Positions 32,801 to 41,771 of a DNA stretch of 64,000 bases are shown here, piece by piece; the stretch's first letter is position 1, and every line of letters begins with the position of its first letter. The position numbers were made by a program, and so were the translations under genes. A model generated the notes under the pieces. The model was not told where the DNA came from. It made no database searches and saw only the letters and a list, made by a program, of their open reading frames with translations. The DNA comes from Schizochytrium sp. TIO01 (taxonomy: Eukaryota; Protista; Bigyra: Labyrinthulomycetes): the NCBI GenBank assembly GCA_004764695.1, contig SMSO01000033.1, forward strand, positions 1,240,001 to 1,304,000, given 5' to 3'.

Positions 32801-34197
32801 TAACTAAGGTTTGGCATCGACGAAAGTTGAGATAAGCCTTCCTTTTTCGGTTTGCGACGAAACGTGCGAAAGGTTTTTGAGTGCACAGATTTTGTGAGTG
32901 TGTTGGCGGTGTAGACTGAATCATCGTCAGCATAGGACGCTCCATCTGGGCCGGCAGCATATGCTTCTGCATTTTTCCGTGAAACTTGGCCTCGGAGAAT
33001 ATTCCGAAAGCGGGATTTTTTCTTTTTCATGCTAGGAGCCCCTGGACTGTCCATCATGGAACTTGATGCTACAGATTCTGTGTCACTGTTGTCAAAGATT
33101 GCGTCTTCGTCGATTGGGGGAATTGTACTGCTATTCATACCAAGATGTCTCGTGCTTGCTGCTGCAGCTGCTGCTTGCTTTTGGAAAGCAAGGGCAGTAC
33201 CGCTTGCCACGGGTGCTTGGCTGAGGTTCATTTCATAGCTCCGGATGTCTCCAGCGCGAATTCTCAGAGGATCCTCAACACGTGCACTGTCTGTACCAAG
33301 GGATTTGAAAGATTCAGATAATTTTTGAGATGCTTCATTCTCCATAGCCAAATCCTGGGCATTGAGCGAAAAGCGTGCATCGGGCTCTGCAGAAGTTGCA
33401 GCCGCAGCAGCTGCAGCTGCTTGTTCCTGCATGGTGTTCTGGAGAACGGAGGCGAGAAGTGTCTTTGTAGGGTTGTCATCATCCTCGTAGTGGTCTTCTT
33501 CTTCATTTTCAATGGTTAAATTTACTTTGTTCCATGTACCAGGATCTTTCTTTTCTGCGGGCTCTTCCTCTTCCTCGTCTTCATCGAATTCGTCTTCCCA
33601 TTCAATATACATATCGTGAGCGTCATCATCTTGCAGCAAGGTTTCAAGTACAATTGGTGTGGACATTCGGTTCCCGCCCTCGCGTTGGCGCTGGCGCTGG
33701 TATTTGAGTACGCATTGCACAAGTCGAAATGCCTGAAGTCGAGTTTGCTGTACTGCATGGCGGTCAAACCGAATTTTCTGCAGCAACTTTACAGGTAGAG
33801 ATGCAAAGGTTTCCCTAAAGAGTGGTCCTGATGGGTGTGTTGGATAGATGTTAACGATTCTATCAAGCAAGTCTATTGCAAGAATAGCACTTTGTGTAAG
33901 CAGTTGGACACCTTGCTCTTTACGTCGTTTAAGGAATCCCGAAAGGTGCACTAGACCTGTGCGTTTCGAGCTTTTCGAGCGCCCGGCGTCGACCCTCAGC
34001 GCATCACCTACAAGAACCTGTTCGACTTGCGAGGCATTCAATTGTGGAGGTGCGTCAAGATTCAGATACCATTGGCTAAATTTCGCAAGTGCCTTCTTAC
34101 GCTTCTTGCTTGCTGTCAGGCTCGACGAGGCTTGGATATCCTGCAAGAAGTCGTCCACGTTTGCCTGCACCACGACAGCCGGATTGGCGCCGCTCAT
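29818..34197 (-). CDS. SEC5: Exocyst complex component Sec5/EXOC2 with long N-terminal extension (first ATG at 34197, ~1459 aa)
   Basis: FNPSLYLWRVHRNT...LVLGLRNL...MKNLVRENFDEFVHCRSTI matches the conserved Sec5 block. C-terminal VRQYTMDVLSHLVHVVAE also fits Sec5. Confidence 0.85.
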   Translation of the reverse strand: MSGANPAVVVQANVDDFLQDIQASSSLTASKKRKKALAKFSQWYLNLDAPPQLNASQVEQVLVGDALRVDAGRSKSSKRTGLVHLSGFLKRRKEQGVQLLTQSAILAIDLLDRIVNIYPTHPSGPLFRETFASLPVKLLQKIRFDRHAVQQTRLQAFRLVQCVLKYQRQRQREGGNRMSTPIVLETLLQDDDAHDMYIEWEDEFDEDEEEEEPAEKKDPGTWNKVNLTIENEEEDHYEDDDNPTKTLLASVLQNTMQEQAAAAAAAATSAEPDARFSLNAQDLAMENEASQKLSESFKSLGTDSARVEDPLRIRAGDIRSYEMNLSQAPVASGTALAFQKQAAAAAASTRHLGMNSSTIPPIDEDAIFDNSDTESVASSSMMDSPGAPSMKKKKSRFRNILRGQVSRKNAEAYAAGPDGASYADDDSVYTANTLTKSVHSKTFRTFRRKPKKEGLSQLSSMPNLSYAGETTMDATANSIEPEISQEDRDHFLDRQVLAQIYEYAKQNPPRPESGSFRSSLPSAHTSFASNRSPLASGTGQNDKLSLMPNADNFNPSLYLWRVHRNTELGDLVLGLRNLEKDNEDQTRAMKNLVRENFDEFVHCRSTIGQIDSLMRQHAVTAPSASDSPMQSNSGRMQHSSSSTIIANNNAASSSSSSTANGPGRTAKVDSILEQALGTAEENFSPLLAKRKRIRKLRRAADMLQRLEYLWQLPQRLRDLMARHKWIVAVIEFSNVGQLLAVLNRNKSSVGEHRTFYHDAVRDLEACGIDLVNALKSKLTAKDGGAAQAALTGDDKDGGDAGTLTEDTDLALRKDQIDSLLCTEALSLLLELRDHVPQQSRLYRMLDEDNDPFLVLAVSQQTHGAAALKAINANEHGALRQAGKIARAYLGIWEDARVCLDPSSASSGKEHIFDVLNRVKGEAGAIVSSRGSGGLQVAQDPSAEMDADTEVMDELARLRNARSGTRGGAAGASSSPGDDDRDGRHRAGSTDLLFDIRKRSAANCTLEDLAERRKSSDEMAWSIVSAYMDVGRRVAEARFAKGDLAVVRKSLQSLLESSRSMRARGAFNAAAHAAKRLERKHAGDQSRLDFIAQSEPFALLERLAAKYARRKLEMQLSTTKQDIVKDEMSSLPRVTGRHGHVPQLVVVVRAVDQLHAVLADIETLVRSTDGLSFWSNAFLDECVSDVSTKFSDLLDNICAWTERRSKGASAETIALLFADCFFLRDTFVDRMEQLLAEAIQPEIRTHQNEREPFVTKQHEKLQKLEDKLMAQYVQQNGHGLKSLVNESVMVPMRIDWQYPPVMVRQYTMDVLSHLVHVVAECSFRVGELGTRRLICGLMHRLALIYSIAISAAVADGFDPSNARGFAMQLRAEISFLRTVLVSFETRKASDAFASALSFLHTEKPVPESNETETLIALVQDAAHRAALIIRALGIDPDFSASNVIMENDRPEQSATPPPTI

Positions 34198-34950
34198 TGC
34201 GGGATTTATAATTTTATAAGACCGACGATCACTGCAGAGCAAATCTTGGAGTCTCAATCACAAAATCCATAAACACTTTGCTCCCCAGAGTTCTCTCTGA
34301 AGTCGCTGCAATGCCAGGATTCGAAGCTGTTGAAGTGCGCTCTGCTCTGCACCTTCTTCGTCTCATCTTCATTACTGCTAGGTAGTAGTAGTAGGCCTGT
34401 GTTACAAAACCTTCTACAGCAAAAAAGCAAGCAAGCCGGCCTTCAAATATGGTCTATTTGTTACAGTTTTAAGCCTTTTCATGTGACATTTAGTTGGTTT
34501 AGTTACACGACGGACAAGGGAGCCTTTGTGACGAAAGGCTTCAAAGTTCGTGCCTGCGCAGGACAGTTTGGTTTTGAGACTTGGCGATTTCTGTAAAGCT
34601 GTAAAGTTCGGAGAAAGTCTGACTGCACAGCTACTTATTTTTGAGTCAAGGGCGTGGGTTTGGCTTCAACGGGACTTGTGTCGTAGACTTTACATTACGA
34701 TTGCCACATTTGATGACTTTGTGAGTGTGTGCTGATATCTCATGGTAGTGAAGAGCAAAGATAAGGACTGGAATAATAGAAATCTCAGTCCGCTGCCAGG
34801 TTGAGACCTTGGGTCTTAGTTCAAGAAGAGCGGCAAAGTAGATTGGGAACGAAGGTCGGGTTAAGGCGCTACTTGCGAGAGGTGTTCAAGGCATAGTGCA
34901 AGGCATCGAGGGGGGTTCCTACCTTTGGTTCTTTCTTGGTGCAAGCGAAA

Positions 34951-35902
34951 ATGCTTGTCTCCAAGTCAGTCTCCCATCGGAAGTCTGTGAGACAGTTCCT
35001 GGACAAGCCCGTGCCAGAGGAAACAGTACGGAAGATTCTAGAGTTAGCATCGCGGTCCCCTTCTGGAGGTAACACGCAGGTAAGTTTAGGTCAGATTGTA
35101 TTCCTAATTGGATGTACAGAATAGTCCTGCCGAGCTGACAAGAGCGTGGGAAATAATGTTGCATGTATGTACTTCTTGGAGTTGGGCTTTCTCTTTCGAC
35201 AAATCAGCCATGGCATGCGTATGTGGTCATGGGAGATGCGCGTGACGAGATGTGTAAGGCCGCTATCGAAAAGGTGAGCTCTGTTGGCTTTGACGAGCCT
35301 GAGTTCCAAATGTATCCAAAGCCCTCGGAGTCTAAGGAGTTCTTGGATAGACGCCGCAAGTTGGGCTATGACATGTACGGTCTTATGGGTATCGCTCGCG
35401 ACGACGCAAAGGGCAGGACGGAGGCTATGCTCAAAAATTACGAATTTTTTGGTGCTCCTGTTGGTATCTTCGTGACTGTTGATCGTGTTGGAGATCGCAA
35501 TGGTAAGTGTACTTTCTGAGTGTTGGCTGATGCGTATGATGATCTATGTGGCAAATTGCAGATCTGATTGAATTTTGGAAAATTGGGGCATGGTGAGGGT
35601 TTGATTCGTACGTGGTGACGAAGTATTAACTCACTTTGAATTATATTATAGCCTGGGGTCATGTTGGCATGTTTCTGCAGACAATCTGCCTGCTTGCGCC
35701 TGAATTTGGCTTGGAAACCTGCCTTCAGGAAGCCTGGTCCTCCATTCATGACACTGTTTCCGAAAAGTTAAACATTCCTGACTCGGAGGTTGTGTGGTGT
35801 GCAGTAGCGCTTGGTTATGCTGATTGGTCAGCAAAGGTAAATGAGTTGAAAAGCGAACGCGAACCTTTGGAGAAATTTGCTACTTTCAAGAATAAGCTGT
35901 AA
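34951..35902 (+). CDS. FMN-dependent nitroreductase (PnbA/NfnB-like); join(34951..35079,35208..35502,35652..35902), 224 aa
   Basis: Three short ORFs splice in frame via intron 35080..35207 (GTAAGT...CAG, phase 0) and intron 35503..35651 (GTAAGT...TAG, phase 1). Splicing restores RKSVRQF, SPSGGNTQ|PW, FFGAPV, GMFLQTICL, GLETC and ALGY. Confidence 0.9.
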
Positions 35903-37859
35903 CCGCACGAAGGATCCTCTGGTTCCCTACCTTTTTCTCTGCTTATTTGGTGATAGATACATGTTGCTTTATTACTATGTAGGTGGTAAGGATAGAAATG
36001 GTTCACGATAACTACACAATATAAATAATATTATTATGAATCAAAATTCGAGCTAAATTCATGAGAAAAAAAGAGAGCGGAAATTCACTTTACATTATCT
36101 TAACTTTACATCATCTTGGTTATATTTCGTTACTATCACATACCATGATTCTGTGGACGGAGGGAACATACTACTTATGAAAGGTGTTTTATTCATGATC
36201 TTGTCGAAATAGATCCACATTAAGCTTCCACAAAAATCAACCATTAGCTCAAAGTTATTCTCGTGTTAAAGAAAATAATTGTGCAAGTAATTATTCAGCT
36301 TCTGGTTTGTTCCTTCAGGTTTACGTTCGGCAAAGAAACAGAAAAAGAAGACCAAGTTACTCCTATTAATGAAACATGGTTCTTATATTTATATGCGTAA
36401 ATGTATAGAAGATAGCATAGAGTGAATCGAACCTAGCGTTCGTAGAGGCGAGATGAGAGCCCACAAATTTGTTATTTTGAGGACCACATTTGAGTTGTGC
36501 TAACAAGTAATTCCTATTTCATTAGAAAAGAACATACTTGAATAACTATGTTATCTCAAAGCTTTTTCGATGTTTTACATATATTGAGCTCGCGCTACTT
36601 ATACTTACTGATCATAGTTCACCATATATATGCGATAAGCACTTCTTACTTAAAAAAGAGAATGAGTCAATTTAGATTTCAGTCATCCTAATTTTCGATT
36701 TTCATGATATGAAGTACATGTAGGTTCAAAATTCTACTATGCAACGCTGTATGGAATGGCCATGTTTCTTAAACTGAAAATTCTTCATGATTTTGACAGA
36801 TAAAATATACTTACAAGAGGACACGTGTACAGATCCACGTTATTTTCGCTCACATACGCGCCAAGCAGAACGTGGCAGCAATAACAACGAAAACATATAA
36901 AGCTTTAACATTATGATCTCTCCTGCCTCAAAGGGAAAGCCTGATGCATCTTAGTTTTCTCAGAAGGTAGGGTTTCGGAGGTTTGTATACCATATTCTAT
37001 ATGTGAGAAGTTGCATATCTCACCGGCTCTGAAAGATACTGTCAACACAAAGCTATTACGATGGCTTCGGGAATCTCAGCTCTGCAACAAGCTTCGACCC
37101 TGCTTACTAGAACGTCAATCAAGCATTCATACATTGGTCCTACACCCCTCCCTTCCCAGCTGACCAACTGGTTTGGCCTAATTTATCTTGGATTCCCAAG
37201 CTTAGAGGTGCTTGTGTCGCGGTTTCAATCTTGACAAGTGTGCGCACGTGCGCACAGTTTCCAATCTCGACAGACGGTACCCCAATCTGACCATAACTTA
37301 TCCCCTAATGCTTCAATTCTGCTCAAACCTAAACTTCTGATTCGGCCTTGTCTTGAACATCTTACTGGCACCAAATATCCTCTCGAAGCCATCCTCTGCG
37401 CTCCCCTCGCGCAGGTTTATCTCTGTCAGCCGCAAGACTGGATACGCTTTTTTCCCCCCTTGCCGTCCCAGTGAGCCTTACCTTCGCCCTACCTACTCCT
37501 ATGCATCGCTGTCTCTGTAGTGCGAGGAAGACGAGGAAAACAAGGACCACGACACTTTCTTTCTTTCTCCCTTCGTAGTTCCCTCCGTTCCCTCCTTTTT
37601 TTGCTAGAGGGGGCTAGGCTACGTTAGCACTATGACGACGCTGATGATGGCATGCCTTTTTCAGCGCAGCCCCTTTCAGCTTTAAACTTCCGACGCTAGG
37701 GACACTTATGCACCAAGTAGCACTAAAATTTTGAGTTAAAATTTTAACTTAACTTAATTTAATTAAAAAAGCAAAAGCGAAATCGAAAGGTAAACAGAGA
37801 AACCTCCCTTAGAAACCTTCTCACGACGAGTAAGTAAGTCCCTCACTTCCATAGAAACT

Positions 37860-38012
37860 TATTCACTCACTTACTCACTTCGTCGCTCATTCATTCATTC
37901 GCTCCCTTAATCCCTTAATCCCTCCTCTTCCCTCCCTCACTCACTCGCTCACTCACTCACTCACTCACGCACTTACTTAATTACCTACTTACTTACATAC
38001 TTACTTACTTAC
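37860..38012. repeat. Compound imperfect microsatellite (TCAC/TCAT/TTAC)
   Basis: Runs such as actcactcactcactcac and ttacttacttactt. Confidence 0.75.
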
Positions 38013-38055
38013 TTCGCTCAGGGTTGAGTTGAAAAAACACGAGCACTCTCCGAAG

Positions 38056-38136
<81 letters not shown>
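38056..38136. repeat. (CTTT)n microsatellite, ~20 units
   Basis: Read directly from the sequence. Confidence 0.95.
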
Positions 38137-38137
<1 letters not shown>

Positions 38138-39880
38138 CGCTGTCCTTTCCGTGGCTCCAGAGAAGGATGGATCGGCGCTGCGGGTTCAAGAACAACAGGA
38201 TGAACGCTGATGCTTCAGACAGAGAGCCGCAGTCAGTCTGTCTGTTTCAACGGAGAGTTTTGGTGTTCGAACCTTCGACACGCATAAGCAAAGAAAGGAG
38301 GCTTGCGTATTTCAAAGGACAAGGAGAGAGAAAAGATTGATCTGCTAATTTAAGAAGAATATTACAGAACTGTTTCTCAGTATGCTAGCTTATTAGACAG
38401 CTACAGCTACTTCCGAAGGAAGAGTTAACACTTTCTTTCTTTCTTTCTTTCTTTCTTTTTATCAAGAAGCTCACTTCATCAATCCACGCAGTTAATCTGA
38501 AAGGAGCAATTTCGCGATGTGCCTTGTAAAATTCTGAAAAGCCGTGGCCTCCAGAGGAAAGGGAGGACTTCTGTAAGCCTCTGGTGGTGCCTCGCCATTG
38601 CTTACGCGCTAGACCCAATATTAGGGAAAGAGAAGCATCTCGCCAGAGACAGAGTAGTTTCGACCCCAAGGCATTTTAATTTCCGGAAACAGAAGTAACT
38701 TTAAAAAAAATAAAATAAAAAATAGAATCGAATAGCATTCTTGAGGACAAACACTTAAAAAAAATAATAAAATACATATATATAGAGAGAGAATAGGAAA
38801 GAACAAACAAGTTTTTTCAATTAAAGAAGAACAACTTGATCACTGCCTCGAATTGAACATTCATTTTCCTCTGTGTAGGTAAGTTTGCTCTGAGATAAAC
38901 AGCATTTCCTCGGCCAAACTTCGAGATGAAAGGAATCAACGTCACGTCCTTCCTATCATTGTGCTCTCCAGCGACGAGCTTGAAATAGGGATACAACAAG
39001 TGGGTGGCGGACCTTTTCTTATTCAACAAAAAAGGGAAGAAGGAGTTAGTTAACATTCATGAAAACTAAAGAACAGAACGCAAAGAAAGAACCTGTTCTT
39101 CTCGCTAGTAGCTGAGTCAAAAACTGATGATCTTGCCGATGCGGTATGATCGGCTGTACAGAGCGACGTGTGAGGAGTACGCTGGAAGAGCTCCATGATT
39201 AAAGCTTCCCCTCCCATCGGCAGAGTCAGCGCCACCAATTGGATCCTCCTTCCGCAGTAGAGGCACAGGCACCAACGATACTTCATGTTTGAGGTGGGTG
39301 GTCTTTAATTTGCGACGACTGTTTGGAGTGGAACACAGAACAGAACGCTTGTCCTCCTTTCAACCACTGCGCTTTATACCTTAGTGTTGGTTTATTTATA
39401 AACCAAAAATAATAAATCGTCAGTGTTGGAAAAGAAAAGAATGGTAATACTATCTTCTGAAAACGTTCATGAGTTTAAGAGTGGGGCCCTCAAAAACTTC
39501 ACTAAAGTAAACAAGTTCGGCAATGTTAGTTACAAGACATGCCAAAAAAAGGAAAAAAAAGAAAAGAAACGTAGCGTCTGTTTTAGAAGTAGAAAACTCG
39601 GCCAACAATAAAGAAAGTGGCATTACAGAATCTCCGCTCCTCATAGGCAGATGATTTGCTTGTCTGGAGCTGTTTTGTCCTTCGGACCTGCATCGTGTGC
39701 GCGAGGATTACTCAGGGATGGGCCTGCCTGTCAATGCGGCGCTCTCCGGCTCATGCGATGCAAGAGACGAAACGAAAGAAAGCTTATTCATCACCTGATT
39801 TCATTCTCTGCTGCGACATTTTTGTAATAATATATGCATTTCGAACAGAGGATACCCATTACAAGATAAGCAAAAGCAAA

Positions 39881-39982
39881 CTTGACCTATGAAGTTTGCA
39901 AAACTTGCATTTCCTATGGTGACAAAGTCGGGCGAATGCCCAATCGCGGTTAAAAAACTAACCCGCGACTCAATGGCAATTC
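39881..39982 (-). ncRNA. Putative omegaRNA (Fanzor guide scaffold) remnant downstream of the nuclease stop codon
   Basis: Consecutive stem-loops right after the TAA at 39983. Minus strand reads TCGCGGGTTAgtttttTAACCGCGA (39944-39968), GGGCattcGCCC (39930-39941) and AAGTTTTGCAAACTT (39892-39906). The position matches where TnpB/Fanzor omegaRNAs are encoded; function is inferred. Confidence 0.45.
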
Positions 39983-41179
39983 TTACATCATGTCCTTGGA
40001 TAGGTAACGCAGAAGAATGCCTCTGATGGCGTGAATATCAATCACGCTTGTCTACGTGTTTGCATTTGGGCATTTGACAACCTTGGGTTTTCTGAGCTTG
40101 TCATGGGTGGTACCACAATCATTGCACGCTTTGGATGTATAGTCCTCCTGACAAACTGCAAGTCTGCTCAAGGGGATAGGGCGGAAGCTAAAGTGGCTCT
40201 GGCGACGCAGCACTCGAGCTGTCTTGCTTTTGATCTGTCTTGTTAACTTGCTGATCTTCAGAGTAATTTCAAATTTAAGCAAAGGGATAGCACAGTAGTT
40301 TTGACAAATCCGGAATGCAAGCTTGTGGTGAATCTCGGTAGTCTTGTTTTCATCTTGAGGAGTGCGAGTAGGTAGGTGTGCACGTCGTCAGGCAGTTTTC
40401 CCGTTTCCCTTTTCAGCTATTTTACCTTGAATTCTGTCGGCGCGGCGACAGAGTAAACATATGTATTTCATGTCATTGCCTGAGCCACACTAAATTGTTC
40501 GCCCATCAACATGTACATGGTTCGAAATGATTACTTTGGTGGGGAGCTCTTCCTGGCAAATGCAAAAGCTTTTGAAAAAGAATGCAGTTCTGCATTTCGT
40601 TCTGTTCCAGTCACGTGACCCGACCTCGAAAATATGAGGTTTATCACATTTTGTACGAAATTTGTAATAAGAGCCGATGTCAAGGTTTTTCTCGGGTGGC
40701 TCATGCCTCATTTTCGCTCGACCAACAGCAAGAGATTTGAAAATCTAACTGATTTCTGGACCTCCTACAGCTTATGTTACTCGAAGACACATTCAAGTGC
40801 GTCCAGTCTTTCTTTTTTTCATAGCTTTCCCCAAACATTTTGGGATTGCCTGGTTCATCTTCCAGGGCTTACTTCGTTTTAGGAACCTTCCTGATGCGCG
40901 CATCTTAATGCGAGGCCACGACCTTGTCTTTACCTCTGGACATATCATAAGGAAAGCCAACATTGATTTTGTAAGCAGATCAGTAAGATTCCTCCGGCTC
41001 TAGCTGTTGGAGAGTGTTCTCGTTCGTTTCGTCATGATGACTGTCAAACCATTTTTTCAGTGAAGTGCGCTGGGTTTTCGTAGGATAGACACGGATCTTT
41101 CTTGCACGAACTTAATTATAGTTGTTCCTGGCCGTCCTGCGTGCCTTCAAACACGGTCTCTTCTTTCTTGCTATGCCAT
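39983..41179 (-). pseudogene. TnpB/Fanzor2 RNA-guided nuclease pseudogene (stops, frameshifts, RuvC-I region apparently deleted); start approximate
   Basis: Hand translation of the minus strand gives, in order: VRARKIRVYPTKTQRTSLKKWF (HTH_OrfB-like); YKFRTKCDK..FEV..RDW; GNDMKYICLLCRRADRIQ; EIHHKLAFRICQNY...LKFE (RuvC-II Glu); RQIKSKTAR...SHFSFR; EDYTSKACNDCG...KCP/KCKHVDKRD/IHAIRGILLRYL (Zn finger plus RuvC-III Asp, across frameshifts). Confidence 0.88.
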
Positions 41180-41771
41180 TGCGGTCTATTTTGCGCTTCT
41201 CGTTTTCGGTGACACTACGAAGACGGTGATAATGCCAAGGAGGTCTTTTGTATAGGTGTCAGAGTCCCCGGCGTATGCATCTTGGCTGCGTACCACGAGT
41301 TTGTCATGTTTGCTTCTGATAAAGTGCTCAGGGAGTTTGCGGTGCATGATCATAATCTATCTGGCCGACTCCGCCGCTGTCGCAGGCATCTAGTAGGGCG
41401 CGTAAGCCTGGTCTTTTGAAGTTGATTCCACTACCAATGTCATTGTAGAAGGCGGATGCCAATGGATAGGCCACCCGCCTGGTATTTGAAATCCTCTTTT
41501 TACTTGGCGGAGGACACGCTGGCGTAGATAATAATACTGTATGGTCAGTGCTGCGTTGCTCGCGGCTGCCGGAAGCGCAGCCATGATGTACTTTTCATCG
41601 TCACTTGCAAACATGCGCTCATTTCCGGGGAAGCGCCCGCTGAACTCGCATCCTCCATCGATGGGCACTTGCTGTGACTCCAGATTTCCGGTTGAAATTC
41701 TTTGCTGGCTTGTATTGAAGGTTTGCTTCACTTGCAGTGTTCGAAGCTTGGTGGTTCCTTGGCCATGCCAT
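41116..41771 (-). pseudogene. IS607-family TnpA serine recombinase (transposase) pseudogene; ends approximate
   Basis: Across frames: N-terminal HTH-like YKPAKNFNRKSGVT...RFPGNERMF; IIYASVSSAK*KED (compare IIYARVSSxKQKxDL; 41491-41532); DIGSGINFKRPGLRALLD (starts at 41441); KDLLGIITVFV (compare EDLLxIxxVF). Confidence 0.88.

Noticed and set aside
11632-34272. Numerous 60-240 aa antisense or alternate-frame ORFs inside ECM29, the PP2C, ankyrin-BSD, coiled-coil and Sec5 genes
   Set aside because: Shadow ORFs of long coding regions with no motifs of their own.
38001-38340. KKER and FFLS repeat ORFs
   Set aside because: Translation of the (CTTT)n microsatellite.
41390-41731. 113-aa minus-strand ORF as an independent gene
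   Set aside because: It is mostly an off-frame reading of the frameshifted tnpA remnant; most recombinase motifs lie in other frames.
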